NCBI GenBank assembly: GCA_964402565.1
Contig: CAYOCJ010000002.1
Location: 391,340 to 455,339 of the forward strand
Source: an uncultured Gammaproteobacteria bacterium
GTDB lineage: Bacteria > Patescibacteriota > Patescibacteriia > UBA1558 > 2-01-FULL-52-15
DNA length: 64,000 bases
Reading direction: 5' to 3'
Positions 26,860-36,620 of this stretch are shown here, piece after piece. Both the position numbers and the translations under genes were made by a program. Each line of letters begins with the position of its first letter. The stretch's first letter is position 1. The notes beneath the pieces were generated by a model. The model was not told the origin of the DNA and ran no database searches. It saw nothing but the letters and a program-made list of their open reading frames with translations.

Positions 26860-29800
26860 ATGTCTCGAGTGAACATGAAAAGGCATTTTACCTATAGCAA
26901 ACAGAAGACAAAGGCGCATGAACTCGGTGCGCTTTTGGCATTATTGATATTCGCAGCTGGTTTTTTTTCCTATGTCCGTGTTCAACACATCAAGATACGA
27001 GATCTTGGCAAAGCACAGCCGGTCTATGCACAGGCTGCTCCGAATAATATTACATTTGTCCAGCAAAATGCGACCGGGACATCAGGCACTATTGCGCCAA
27101 ATGTTATACTGACCGCGCCGGTCACCGCAGGCAGCTTGCTGGTGCTTTCAGTAAACATAGTCGGTGATATCACGCATTCGATCAATAGCGTTACTGATAC
27201 GCAAGGGAATACCTGGGTACAGGCTATCGCGAAACATGATCATAATGATGCAGTATTCGTCGCAAGTCAGGAGCTATGGTATGCAGCCAATGCCAGAGCC
27301 GGGGCAACGACCATCACAGCAAATCTAAATGCGACATTAGGAGCGACCAATGCACGGCTCTACGCGCATGAATACCAGGGTGTTGCAACCTTGAATCCGC
27401 TCGATCAAACATCGTGGGCCATTGGCTTTGATCCGCCGCCATCTGCAAATGTGATATCTCCGTCGCGTACAACCTTTTTCCCGAACGAACTTATTTTTGC
27501 AGGTTCAGAAACGTGGGGTACACCGAACCCAGGTCCTGGATTCACCACGCGCGGCACCTTGAATTTGGACTATACGGAAGATAAGAATGTGAGCACAGTC
27601 GGCAGCAATAACGCGATTGTTCAGGTTGCTTCATGTGGAGGCAATTGCAGCTGGATGATACAGATGGCAACCTTCAGGGCATCTGCGCAGCCGAATCCAG
27701 TGCGTTTCTATAAGATGGACGAAGGATCAGGTTCCACCGTGCTCGATTCGTCAGTGTTCAATGCTCCGGGCACCAGTTACGGTTCGCCGTTGCCGACCTA
27801 TATCACTGGAGTCGGTCCATCCGGCACTGCTCTATATTTTAACAATGCCTCACAGTGGATCGAGAGCGATTGGCCTCCATCGCCTTCGCTTGATATTAGA
27901 AATGATTTTACTATTACCGCCTGGGTCAATTTTTCTTCAGTGGTGAACACGTATCCGCGTATTTTCCAAAAAGGAAGGCAAATAGCAAGCCCGACTGCAT
28001 TTTCATTAGGCATCAATACTCCCGGTGGAGTGTTGCGTCCTGAAGTTCGTGCACGCATCGGAGGCACCGAGTACTCTTCAGTGGACCCCTCGAATATGAG
28101 CATCAATACCTGGCATCATATTGCCGGCGTTCGCAATGGCACCAGTTTGAAAATCTTAGTTGATGGCGTTTTGAAAAATACCGTTGCCATACCAGCGGGC
28201 ACCATCGACCTGAATAGCGGCCAGACCGCATACTTGGGCGGCGGTCCGGTCGATGGCAGAATGACCGATGGCGGCATGGATGAGGTGCATGTATCAGCCC
28301 GCGCATTAAGCGATGCAGAGGTGCTTGCTGAATATCAAAGTTATGATAATCAGCCGCCTTCTCCCATTGTAAATTTGAGCCCCGCAGATGCGGCGACCGG
28401 CGTTTCTATCAATCCGACGTTGACCGCAACAACTGCATCAGACGCCACCCCTCCGATACAATATAATTTTGAATTATTCACGACGCCTGGCTGCAGCGGC
28501 GCCTTCACGCAGGCACGAGGCTACGCTGCTTCGACGAGCTGGATCCCGTCAACGCTCACCATGGGGACTACCTACTACTGGCACTATCGTGCGCGGGATT
28601 CAGCTGCATCGCCGAATGCGAGCGGATTCAGCGCGTGCACCTCATTCACCGTCGTTTCTGATACTAATCCGCCGACAGGAGTGGGGAATGTTTCTCCAGC
28701 CGATGCATCCGCAGGTATTTCTATAAACCCGACGCTTGTTGCCGCAACAGCAAGTGATGCTACGACGCCGGTACTGTATAATTTTGAACTGTGGTCCGGA
28801 GCTGGATGTACCGGTACGCTGCTTCAGTCAGTTGTGAATTATGCCCCGACAAATTGGAGCCCCACGACGCTTGCCTACGGCACTACGTACTACTGGAGAA
28901 ATCGAGCTCGTGACTCTGTAACACCGACGCCAAATCAAAGCGCGTACGGGCCGTGCTGGGCATTTACAACCTCATTGGTAGGCCCGGTAGCCTATTGGCC
29001 TTTCAATGGCAATGCGCAAGATGCAACAGGTAATGGGTATAATGGTACGTTGCAAAATGGACCAGGGTATGTCGCAGGGCGCGTGAATCAGGCTATTGGA
29101 ATGAATGGCATCAGTCAGCGCGTCGATATGGCGAACCCCGCCAGCGGGTTAACAGATATTCCTGCGAAGACCATCATAGCCTGGATCAATATGTCCTCAG
29201 GCTCAGGCAATACCTATAAAGATATTCTGGTGAAAGGCGATGCAGGCTGCGGCTGGTGGTTATCGGTCATGAACAGCAGCTTTGTACATTGGGGTCAATG
29301 CTTCTCTTCTGGCACATATGGCTCATGGGGGTCCCCGGCAGGATCAATTACGGCCAACCAATGGTATCAGGTAGCGGTGACCTATGATAATTCTAGCGCA
29401 GCGAATATTCCAACGTTCTATATTAATGGATCTCCGACTGCTTTGACCACGATCGGCAGTCCGATCGGCACGGTGAGCAGCGATGCACCATATTTGGTTT
29501 CAGCAGGCGGAGAGATACCAAATAACAATGAAAATTTTGGCGGCACTATTGATGAAGTGCGTCTTTATAATCGGGTACTGTCCGCTGCAGAGATTTCCAG
29601 CATTTATGCAGCTGACGCTGCCGCTGTGTGCGGAAATAATCTAAAAGAAACTGGCGAAACATGTGACGGTGCTGATCTTGCAGGCGCATCATGCACGACG
29701 CTTGGTTATTTCGGCGGCACCTTATCCTGCAACCCCACATGTACAGGATATGTCACTTCTTCCTGCACGAATTGCGGCAATAATACTATCCAGGCCGGTG

Positions 29801-31245
29801 AAACATGTGACGGCACGAATCTCAATGGCCAAACCTGCATTAGCCAGGGATTTGCCGGCGGAGGCACGTTAGCGTGTAATGCGTCATGTACTGCGTTCAA
29901 TACCGGTGCCTGTATCGCACAAACCTGCGGCAACAATCTTCGTGAAGGAAGTGAAACATGCGACGGAACTGATCTGGCCGGCCAATCCTGTACCACGGTG
30001 CCTGGGGGTTATATCGGCGGCACGCTTTCTTGCCAGCCAAGTTGTGCTGCATTCAATACAGCGAGCTGTACGCCGCCGCCGGTCACGACCGTACCCGATC
30101 AATCAGCTCTTTCCACTTCTGATCTCAGGCCGGTAGATGCTGGAGGTAATTCAATTGCGGGATCATGGGAACGGGACGGCGCTAATGTAGTCGCGATCAA
30201 AGTGTGGGCTCCTGCGGGACTTTCTCGCAGCTTCGAAGCAGTCTATACCAGCCCGACGATCAATACTATCTTTTATACGTATAATAACGCCGCGAATTGG
30301 GCATGCTCGCATACGTATACGCCGGGCTGGAATCAAATAAGTTGCCCGACACATTGTTCGAATAATCGAACCATAGCATGTACATTGGGTAACAATACCC
30401 CGTGCGGCGCTGGTCGATGCACTTCAGATTGCGACCCACTCGAGCCATCGACGACCTGGCGATCGCCGTTCTCCTATACGGGCAATGCGGCGTATCCGCT
30501 GTGCAGAACGAGCTATCCCAATTTTGTCGGCAGTTCGGCGAAGTGGATCTGGGGCGATAGCTGCAGTCAGAATGTGGTCTATTGCAGGCTTGAGTTCGGT
30601 ATTGATCTTGGCGGAGGATCGCCCTATCAGCCTGGCGCGTATTGTGGCGATGGTATCGCGCAAACATCTGCATCGAGTCCGCCAGGACCAGAGGAGTGTG
30701 ATAATGGGAGTAACAATGGAGCATGTCCGAAAACATGCAGTTCACAGTGTCTGAGGAATGACTGCACATGTACCGGCCCTCTCTGTAGCGGATGTTTTAT
30801 CACAGGTACGAAAGTATTAACACCGTCCGGCCCTCGCGATATCAATGACCTTAATGTTGGCGATCCGGTTGTATCGTATGATGAGGCGACAAAGCAAAAG
30901 GCTATTGCGTATGTCGAGTTGCCCCGGTCTTACTCGCGGGACCATTACTATGTGTTAAATGGTACTATTCGCGTCACTAAGGAGCATAGATTTGCTGTGG
31001 TAGATGCAGAAGGAACGATCACCTGGAAACCAGTCATGGATCTTTCTATTGGAGACAGGTTCGTGCTTGATACAGGGAAGACCATATCTCTTGCTTCGAA
31101 AGTGCTGCATACCCCGGCGCAATCAATCCAGGTCTTTAATCCCGCACTTTCATATCCGCATACCTACTATATCTGGGATGGCGCTGAATATATTCTTGTT
31201 CATAATGCAAAGTGCACAACTCCACGTTGTGGCGGAGGGCCATGA
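26860..31245 (+). CDS. Large surface protein: beta-rich N-domain, 2x LamG, 2x FN3-like, Cys-rich repeats, C-terminal Hint domain
   Basis: N-terminal hydrophobic helix and VYA|QA; WHHIAGVR, WYQVAVTYD, DEVRLYNRVLS; three CGNN..ETCDG.[DN]L.G repeats; CFITGT...TKEH...LVHN. Confidence 0.85.
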   Translation: MSRVNMKRHFTYSKQKTKAHELGALLALLIFAAGFFSYVRVQHIKIRDLGKAQPVYAQAAPNNITFVQQNATGTSGTIAPNVILTAPVTAGSLLVLSVNIVGDITHSINSVTDTQGNTWVQAIAKHDHNDAVFVASQELWYAANARAGATTITANLNATLGATNARLYAHEYQGVATLNPLDQTSWAIGFDPPPSANVISPSRTTFFPNELIFAGSETWGTPNPGPGFTTRGTLNLDYTEDKNVSTVGSNNAIVQVASCGGNCSWMIQMATFRASAQPNPVRFYKMDEGSGSTVLDSSVFNAPGTSYGSPLPTYITGVGPSGTALYFNNASQWIESDWPPSPSLDIRNDFTITAWVNFSSVVNTYPRIFQKGRQIASPTAFSLGINTPGGVLRPEVRARIGGTEYSSVDPSNMSINTWHHIAGVRNGTSLKILVDGVLKNTVAIPAGTIDLNSGQTAYLGGGPVDGRMTDGGMDEVHVSARALSDAEVLAEYQSYDNQPPSPIVNLSPADAATGVSINPTLTATTASDATPPIQYNFELFTTPGCSGAFTQARGYAASTSWIPSTLTMGTTYYWHYRARDSAASPNASGFSACTSFTVVSDTNPPTGVGNVSPADASAGISINPTLVAATASDATTPVLYNFELWSGAGCTGTLLQSVVNYAPTNWSPTTLAYGTTYYWRNRARDSVTPTPNQSAYGPCWAFTTSLVGPVAYWPFNGNAQDATGNGYNGTLQNGPGYVAGRVNQAIGMNGISQRVDMANPASGLTDIPAKTIIAWINMSSGSGNTYKDILVKGDAGCGWWLSVMNSSFVHWGQCFSSGTYGSWGSPAGSITANQWYQVAVTYDNSSAANIPTFYINGSPTALTTIGSPIGTVSSDAPYLVSAGGEIPNNNENFGGTIDEVRLYNRVLSAAEISSIYAADAAAVCGNNLKETGETCDGADLAGASCTTLGYFGGTLSCNPTCTGYVTSSCTNCGNNTIQAGETCDGTNLNGQTCISQGFAGGGTLACNASCTAFNTGACIAQTCGNNLREGSETCDGTDLAGQSCTTVPGGYIGGTLSCQPSCAAFNTASCTPPPVTTVPDQSALSTSDLRPVDAGGNSIAGSWERDGANVVAIKVWAPAGLSRSFEAVYTSPTINTIFYTYNNAANWACSHTYTPGWNQISCPTHCSNNRTIACTLGNNTPCGAGRCTSDCDPLEPSTTWRSPFSYTGNAAYPLCRTSYPNFVGSSAKWIWGDSCSQNVVYCRLEFGIDLGGGSPYQPGAYCGDGIAQTSASSPPGPEECDNGSNNGACPKTCSSQCLRNDCTCTGPLCSGCFITGTKVLTPSGPRDINDLNVGDPVVSYDEATKQKAIAYVELPRSYSRDHYYVLNGTIRVTKEHRFAVVDAEGTITWKPVMDLSIGDRFVLDTGKTISLASKVLHTPAQSIQVFNPALSYPHTYYIWDGAEYILVHNAKCTTPRCGGGP
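30793..31206 (+). other. Hint (bacterial intein-like) autoprocessing domain, 138 aa
   Basis: Cys1 (CFITGTKVLT), block B TKEH, terminal HN; no homing endonuclease; +1 residue is Ala. Confidence 0.88.
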
Positions 31246-31326
31246 AGCAATGAGTCGTGTTGCTTTGTGCTGTTTTTTAGTGCATAATTAAGTATGAAAT
31301 ACTCCTAGTCATAATATCGGGCAACT

Positions 31327-32223
31327 ATGTTTGAAGACATAAAAAAGAATGATGAGAATGTGACCGCTGGCAACCCTTCAGCAGTTGAAGATATGTTTGG
31401 CAAAGTTGACCCAACCCCAGATATAAAGAGCGCGGTGCAGAGCGGTAAATTAACTCCGGTAGCTTCATCAATGGCAGCTCCTCAACCGCCGATGCCGCAG
31501 GCGCCGATGGGTACCAAGATCGGACCTCCGAATCCATTGACCAATCTTTCACAGCTCGATCAATGGAGCAAAAAACCTGCTCGCCGCAGCATGAGAATGA
31601 TTTTGATCGTTGTTGCAGCTTTGATCGTCGTCGGCGCTGCTATTGCCTACTTCTTTTTTATGACGCCGACAGAGGGTTCGAATGCAACTGCTAAAAATAC
31701 TACAGCGAATACCAATGCCACAACGAACACCGATACTACCGCCAACGCACAGCCAACACCTCCTCCGACTGCGAATGAAAACGGTAATCAGGCTCCAAGC
31801 ATACCATCCAATGCCCTCATTGACTCTGATGGCGACGGGCTGACAGATGTAGAAGAAGCTGTCGCTGGCACTGATCCTCATCTAGCTGACACTGATAATG
31901 ACGGTTTGAATGATCGCGATGAACTCTATGTACACAAAACAAACCCATTGTTAGCTGATAGCGATAACGACGGCCTCTCTGACCGCGACGAGATCTTTAC
32001 CTATAAGACAAATCCTATGAACCCGGACACCGATGGCGATACCTATCAGGATGGGGTTGAGGTGCAAAATGGGTATAATCCGAATGGCCCCGGAAAACTT
32101 CCTCCGACAGAAACTCCACCGAACGCACCTATAGATCCAGCCCCAACGCCCGCACCTGCTCCCACACCTTCTCCAGCTCCTACACCTACGCCCGCACCTG
32201 CTCCGGCTCAATATACATACTAG
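31327..32223 (+). CDS. Single-pass membrane protein with DxDxDG (TSP3-like Ca-binding) repeats and Pro-rich tail
   Basis: Pro-rich N-terminus, TM, T/N-rich linker, four D[ST]D[GN]DG[L/D] repeats, PAPT tail. Confidence 0.8.
   Translation: MFEDIKKNDENVTAGNPSAVEDMFGKVDPTPDIKSAVQSGKLTPVASSMAAPQPPMPQAPMGTKIGPPNPLTNLSQLDQWSKKPARRSMRMILIVVAALIVVGAAIAYFFFMTPTEGSNATAKNTTANTNATTNTDTTANAQPTPPPTANENGNQAPSIPSNALIDSDGDGLTDVEEAVAGTDPHLADTDNDGLNDRDELYVHKTNPLLADSDNDGLSDRDEIFTYKTNPMNPDTDGDTYQDGVEVQNGYNPNGPGKLPPTETPPNAPIDPAPTPAPAPTPSPAPTPTPAPAPAQYTY
32134..32208 (+). repeat. Pro-Ala/Thr low-complexity repeat
   Basis: DPAPTPAPAPTPSPAPTPTPAPAPA. Confidence 0.8.
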
Positions 32224-32249
32224 TGCTAAAATAATTAATCCCTATTCGC

Positions 32250-33557
32250 ATGCCAGACGAGCAACAGCCATTAACAGCCGAACAGCAACCTCAAGCTCCC
32301 GAGGCTTCGATGCCGCAGGCATCTGCGCCCTCTGGTTCAATTTATACCATGCCGGATAAGTTCATGATGGGAGGCGGGCAGCCGCGTTTTTCAACTGGCG
32401 CAGCACCCGCAGGCTCTTCAGGCGGCGGCGGTTCAGGCAAACGGATGGTGATCATCATTGCTATACTGGCCTTATTTTTAGGCGGCATGACAGCCGGAGC
32501 TTACTTTTATATCAATAGCGGAGGAGACTTCTTTGGTTTGCTTTCAACAAATGAGCCTGTAGCGCCAGCAGTTCCGAACCCGCCGCCAGCCACCAATCAG
32601 CCAGTTGCGAATACCAATACAACACCTGAGAAACCGCAAGATGATCAATCAAAACTTGCTCGCGATGTGCAGCGTTCGAAGGATTTGGTCGTTCTTGCGA
32701 AAGCCCTCCAGGATTATTTTGCAAAATATAATGCATTTCCTCAGATCTTAGACTCGATTCCGAAAGATATGCTGGCAGAGCTGCCAAAGGATCCCTTGTC
32801 AGACAAGGCCTATGAGTATACGCCGCTGGATAATCGTGCTTCATACGGCATCGGCATTGTTATCGAGAAAGAGTTAACTTACAACGGCAAGACCTATCAG
32901 TCTGGTCCTGTTGTTCTGCATTCAGAGGGCTATCAGACAGCAACGTCTACACCGCCAATTACGGATCAACCAGTACCGCCGACCCCTGCCCCTGTTGATG
33001 TGAGCAATCTCGATTCAGATTCAGATGGTCTGACAGCCGCAGAAGAAAGTTTATTCGGCACGTCACCTTCGAACCCTGATTCAGACTCTGACGGGTACCG
33101 AGACAATGTGGAAATTAAGAATTTTTACAGTCCGGTGGAAACAGCTGCGGTGAAATTAGACCAGGCCGGCCTCGTGAAATTGTATACGAACGATGTTCAA
33201 AAGTTCAGTTTCTATTATCCGAGTTCCTGGGTCGTGAATGCGCCTGATGCGGACGGAGCTGAAACTCTCGTCACGACAGGGACTGGCGAAAATTTCAGCG
33301 TCTCGGTGAAGGAGAATGCGGACAATAAGACTTCCTGGGAATGGTATACGCAAAATATCAGCCATGACTATAACCCAAACAGCGTGTCCATCGTGCAGAT
33401 CAGCGGACATGAAGCGATCAAAACATTGGACGGTCTGCAGGCATATCTGGCTGTTGGCGGGAAAGTATATCTCATCACGTATAATCTGAATACTGAGTCA
33501 GTGATCCGATACCCATCCATCTTTGCGATGATGCTGGATCATTTCACGCTTCATTAA
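32250..33557 (+). CDS. Single-pass membrane protein with GspG/pilin-like module, DxDxDG repeats and PsbP-like C-domain
   Basis: TM; ARDVQRSKDL..L.KALQDY....NAFP...LPKDP..Y.Y; DSDSDG x2; YTN....FSFYYPSSW...MLDHFTL. Confidence 0.7.
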   Translation: MPDEQQPLTAEQQPQAPEASMPQASAPSGSIYTMPDKFMMGGGQPRFSTGAAPAGSSGGGGSGKRMVIIIAILALFLGGMTAGAYFYINSGGDFFGLLSTNEPVAPAVPNPPPATNQPVANTNTTPEKPQDDQSKLARDVQRSKDLVVLAKALQDYFAKYNAFPQILDSIPKDMLAELPKDPLSDKAYEYTPLDNRASYGIGIVIEKELTYNGKTYQSGPVVLHSEGYQTATSTPPITDQPVPPTPAPVDVSNLDSDSDGLTAAEESLFGTSPSNPDSDSDGYRDNVEIKNFYSPVETAAVKLDQAGLVKLYTNDVQKFSFYYPSSWVVNAPDADGAETLVTTGTGENFSVSVKENADNKTSWEWYTQNISHDYNPNSVSIVQISGHEAIKTLDGLQAYLAVGGKVYLITYNLNTESVIRYPSIFAMMLDHFTLH

Positions 33558-34025
33558 TTGTTACCAGTTGTGCTGTTTGCTCTCTCATCAGTGCCTCAGG
33601 GCCTGCCGGTTCATTGGCTTTCACAGCTCGAACCGATCATTGAACGGGATTATAAGCCGCAAGGCGTTATCTCTATTCGATTTGTCAGTGTACGAGAAAT
33701 GCGTCGCGTTAATCTCATATATCGCGGCAAAGATGCTGCAACAGATGTATTGTCTTTTCGATTGCAAGACGCGCAAGTTCCTGCTTTCTCAGGAGACAGC
33801 GGCCATGAACAGGCCTTTGGAGAAATACTCATGTGCGCCGCGGTTTTGAAATCTCATGCTCGTGAAAAGGGTAGTACCTTAGTACAGGAGTTTCAGACCA
33901 TGCTTATTCACGGCATCCTGCACGTGATGGGATTTGACCATGAAAAAGACTCAGAAGCGCTGGAGATGGAAAAACATGAGCGTCAATTGGCCCGTCAGTT
34001 GAAAAAAAACCTTGGCAAACGGTAA
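33558..34025 (+). CDS. ybeY: rRNA maturation factor YbeY
   Basis: YRGKDAATDVLSF, HGILHVMGFDHE; start uncertain. Confidence 0.93.
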   Translation: MLPVVLFALSSVPQGLPVHWLSQLEPIIERDYKPQGVISIRFVSVREMRRVNLIYRGKDAATDVLSFRLQDAQVPAFSGDSGHEQAFGEILMCAAVLKSHAREKGSTLVQEFQTMLIHGILHVMGFDHEKDSEALEMEKHERQLARQLKKNLGKR

Positions 34026-34087
34026 AAATTTCAGTATACTAAAGACGTTCGGACAGCTCATCTATCGTTGAAACGAAGTCATATATA

Positions 34088-35329
34088 ATGAAAAAAATAG
34101 AGACAATTGCAGGCATAGACATTGGTTCAAGCGCAGTTCGCATTGTAGTCGCGCAGCCTATGGACCACGGACAGCTGCATCTTATTGGTGTTGGCGAGTC
34201 GGTATCACGGGGCATGTCGAAAGGCATGGTGAATGATCTTGAAGAAGTGGTTACTTCGGTTTCAGAAGCTCTTGAAAAAGCTGAACGGATGATCGGCGGA
34301 CAATTGTCTCGTGCCGTCGTCGCCGTGAACGGAGCGCATGTGAAAGTGGTACAAAGCCAGGGCGTCATAGCCGTTTCAAAACCGAATGGAGAAGTGCAGC
34401 AAAGTGATGTTGATCGCGCTATTGAGCAATCGCAGACGCTCGCTGTGAGCCCTAATTACGAGATCCTGCATGTACTTCCAAAATTTTTTAACCTCGACAA
34501 TCAGACCGCCATCAAGGATCCGCTGGGCATGACCGGCATCAAACTTGAAGCGCATACGCAGATCGTTCTCGCGCAGAGCGCGCAAGTGAAACTGTTGACC
34601 AAATGTTTATACCGTACACAGCTTGAAGTCGAAGGTTTGATCTTCTCTCCGCTGGCTACTGCTGAAGCAGTGCTGACCAAGCGACAAAAAGATATGGGAG
34701 CGGCAGTCGTAAATATCGGAGCAGGGACTACATCCGTGGCAATTTTTGAAGAAGGGGAATTATTGCATGCAGCGATCCTGCCCATCGGTTCAGATCATGT
34801 CACGGCTGACATCGCGATCGGTCTTCGCGTATCACTGGAGATAGCAGAACGAGTCAAGCTGGATCTTGGACAGGCTATTTCTGATAAAGTATCCAAGCGT
34901 GATGAAGTGGATATTGCAAAGTATTCCAATGAAGAGATGCCGCGGTCGTTAATTTCAAAAAAACATATCGCTGAGATCATTGAAGCGAGGCTGGAAGAGA
35001 TTTTCACTATGATCAATCAGGAGCTCAAACGTGCGGGCAGAGATGGCAAGCTTCCTGCCGGTATTATCTTGACCGGCGGCGGTGCAAAATTGGGAGGCCT
35101 GGTCGATTTTGCAAAAGAACATTTGAAGCTGCCTGTCTTTATCGGCGCTCCGGATCAGATCGTAACGCCTATTGATAAAGTGAAAGACCTTCAATATACA
35201 ACGGCCTTAGGTTTGATCTACTTTGCAGAAGAAAATAACTCGACCTCGCGGGGCGGGTTGCAGCCGGTCGCGTGGGCTTCAAAACTTTTTGGCGGAGTAT
35301 TCCGTCGGATAAAAGATTTTTCATCCTAA
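34088..35329 (+). CDS. ftsA: Cell division protein FtsA
   Basis: GIDIGSS, VTADIA, LTGGGAKL, C-terminal amphipathic helix; precedes ftsZ. Confidence 0.96.
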   Translation: MKKIETIAGIDIGSSAVRIVVAQPMDHGQLHLIGVGESVSRGMSKGMVNDLEEVVTSVSEALEKAERMIGGQLSRAVVAVNGAHVKVVQSQGVIAVSKPNGEVQQSDVDRAIEQSQTLAVSPNYEILHVLPKFFNLDNQTAIKDPLGMTGIKLEAHTQIVLAQSAQVKLLTKCLYRTQLEVEGLIFSPLATAEAVLTKRQKDMGAAVVNIGAGTTSVAIFEEGELLHAAILPIGSDHVTADIAIGLRVSLEIAERVKLDLGQAISDKVSKRDEVDIAKYSNEEMPRSLISKKHIAEIIEARLEEIFTMINQELKRAGRDGKLPAGIILTGGGAKLGGLVDFAKEHLKLPVFIGAPDQIVTPIDKVKDLQYTTALGLIYFAEENNSTSRGGLQPVAWASKLFGGVFRRIKDFSS

Positions 35330-35361
35330 GATACGCAGCCAGATACTGTACACAAAAATAG

Positions 35362-35393
35362 AACAGCCCCATGGCAATGGGGTTGTTTATTTT
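35362..35393 (+). terminator. Hairpin/terminator between ftsA and ftsZ
   Basis: AACAGCCCCAT-GGCA-ATGGGGTTGTT followed by TATTTT. Confidence 0.55.
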
Positions 35394-35441
35394 ATGAGAA
35401 AAGTAGTGTATACTATTTCTACTATTAATTGACCTTTGAGT

Positions 35442-36617
35442 ATGTCTAGAAAAAGTACTTTTGAAGTAAAACCGGCTATAGAAAGCCTAGCAAAGATAAA
35501 AGTAATCGGCGTTGGAGGCTCAGGTGGATCAGCGATAAATAGAATGCTTGCGAATAAGATCCGCAGCATTGAATTCATAGCAGTGAACACTGATGTGCAG
35601 GCTTTGCAGCAGTCGCTTGCCGATGTGAAGCTGCAGATCGGCAAGGAAACGACTCGCGGTTTAGGCGCCGGGATGAACCCCGACTTGGGCGCAATGTCCG
35701 CAGAAGAAGCCGAGGCTGAGATCAAGAAACATGTCGCTGATGCTGACATGGTTTTTGTTACATGCGGATTGGGCGGCGGAACCGGTAGCGGAGCTGCGCC
35801 GATCATCGCAGACCTGGCTCGCGCTGCAGGAGCCCTGACCGTTGCAGTCGTTACGAAACCATTCAAGTTCGAAGGCATGCAGCGCAGACGGATCGCAGAA
35901 GGAGCGCTAGAGAAACTCGTTGATAAAGTTGATACTATCATCACTATTCCGAACGATCGCTTATTGCAGGTGATAGATAAGAAGACATCGTTGCTTGAAG
36001 CATTCTCAGTCGTGGACGAAGTGCTGCATCAGGGCGTGCGCGGCATATCTGAATTGATCACGGTCCCTGGCATGGTGAACGTTGATTTCGCCGATGTGAA
36101 GTCCATCATGACCGATGCGGGCTCAGCGTTGATGGGCATCGGTATTGCATCAGGCGAGAACCGTGCAACTGAAGCAGCGCGTGCAGCAGTCGATAGCCCA
36201 CTGCTCGAAGTTTCTATTGAAGGCGCGCGCGGCGTGCTGTTCGTTGTTACCGCTGGGTCTGACCTGACCATGCATGAAGTCAATGAAGCAGCTGAGGTCA
36301 TCACTGCCAGCTGTGATCCGGATGCAAAGATCATTTTTGGCACCGTCATTGATGAGAAAATGGGCGCCGAGCTCAAGGTGACGGTTATCGCCACTGGTTT
36401 TAGAAGTTTCCAGGAGAAAGCGCCTGAGCAAGGAGCTCCGGCACCGGCTCAGAAGAGGGAATCATTCCGTGCATCCACATTTACAGCGCCCGAGGAACCG
36501 CATGACCGCAAGGTTTTCATGAAGCCGAAAGAAGAGCCTGTGGTGAGACCACAGGAGCAAGAAGAGGAAGATGAACTAGATATACCCGCATTCATCCGGA
36601 ACAGGATGAAGAAATGA
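35442..36617 (+). CDS. ftsZ: Cell division protein FtsZ
   Basis: GGGTGSG, NVDFADV, C-terminal LDIPAFIR. Confidence 0.99.
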   Translation: MSRKSTFEVKPAIESLAKIKVIGVGGSGGSAINRMLANKIRSIEFIAVNTDVQALQQSLADVKLQIGKETTRGLGAGMNPDLGAMSAEEAEAEIKKHVADADMVFVTCGLGGGTGSGAAPIIADLARAAGALTVAVVTKPFKFEGMQRRRIAEGALEKLVDKVDTIITIPNDRLLQVIDKKTSLLEAFSVVDEVLHQGVRGISELITVPGMVNVDFADVKSIMTDAGSALMGIGIASGENRATEAARAAVDSPLLEVSIEGARGVLFVVTAGSDLTMHEVNEAAEVITASCDPDAKIIFGTVIDEKMGAELKVTVIATGFRSFQEKAPEQGAPAPAQKRESFRASTFTAPEEPHDRKVFMKPKEEPVVRPQEQEEEDELDIPAFIRNRMKK

Positions 36618-36620
36618 GCT

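Noticed and set aside
15186-31245. Diversity-generating retroelement target
   Set aside because: No reverse transcriptase and no near-identical repeat pair differing only at adenines; the shared repeats differ at synonymous positions of all bases.
26860-32223. Polymorphic toxin-immunity system
   Set aside because: Only 12 aa follow the Hint domain, and the next gene is a membrane DxDxDG protein, not an immunity-like ORF.
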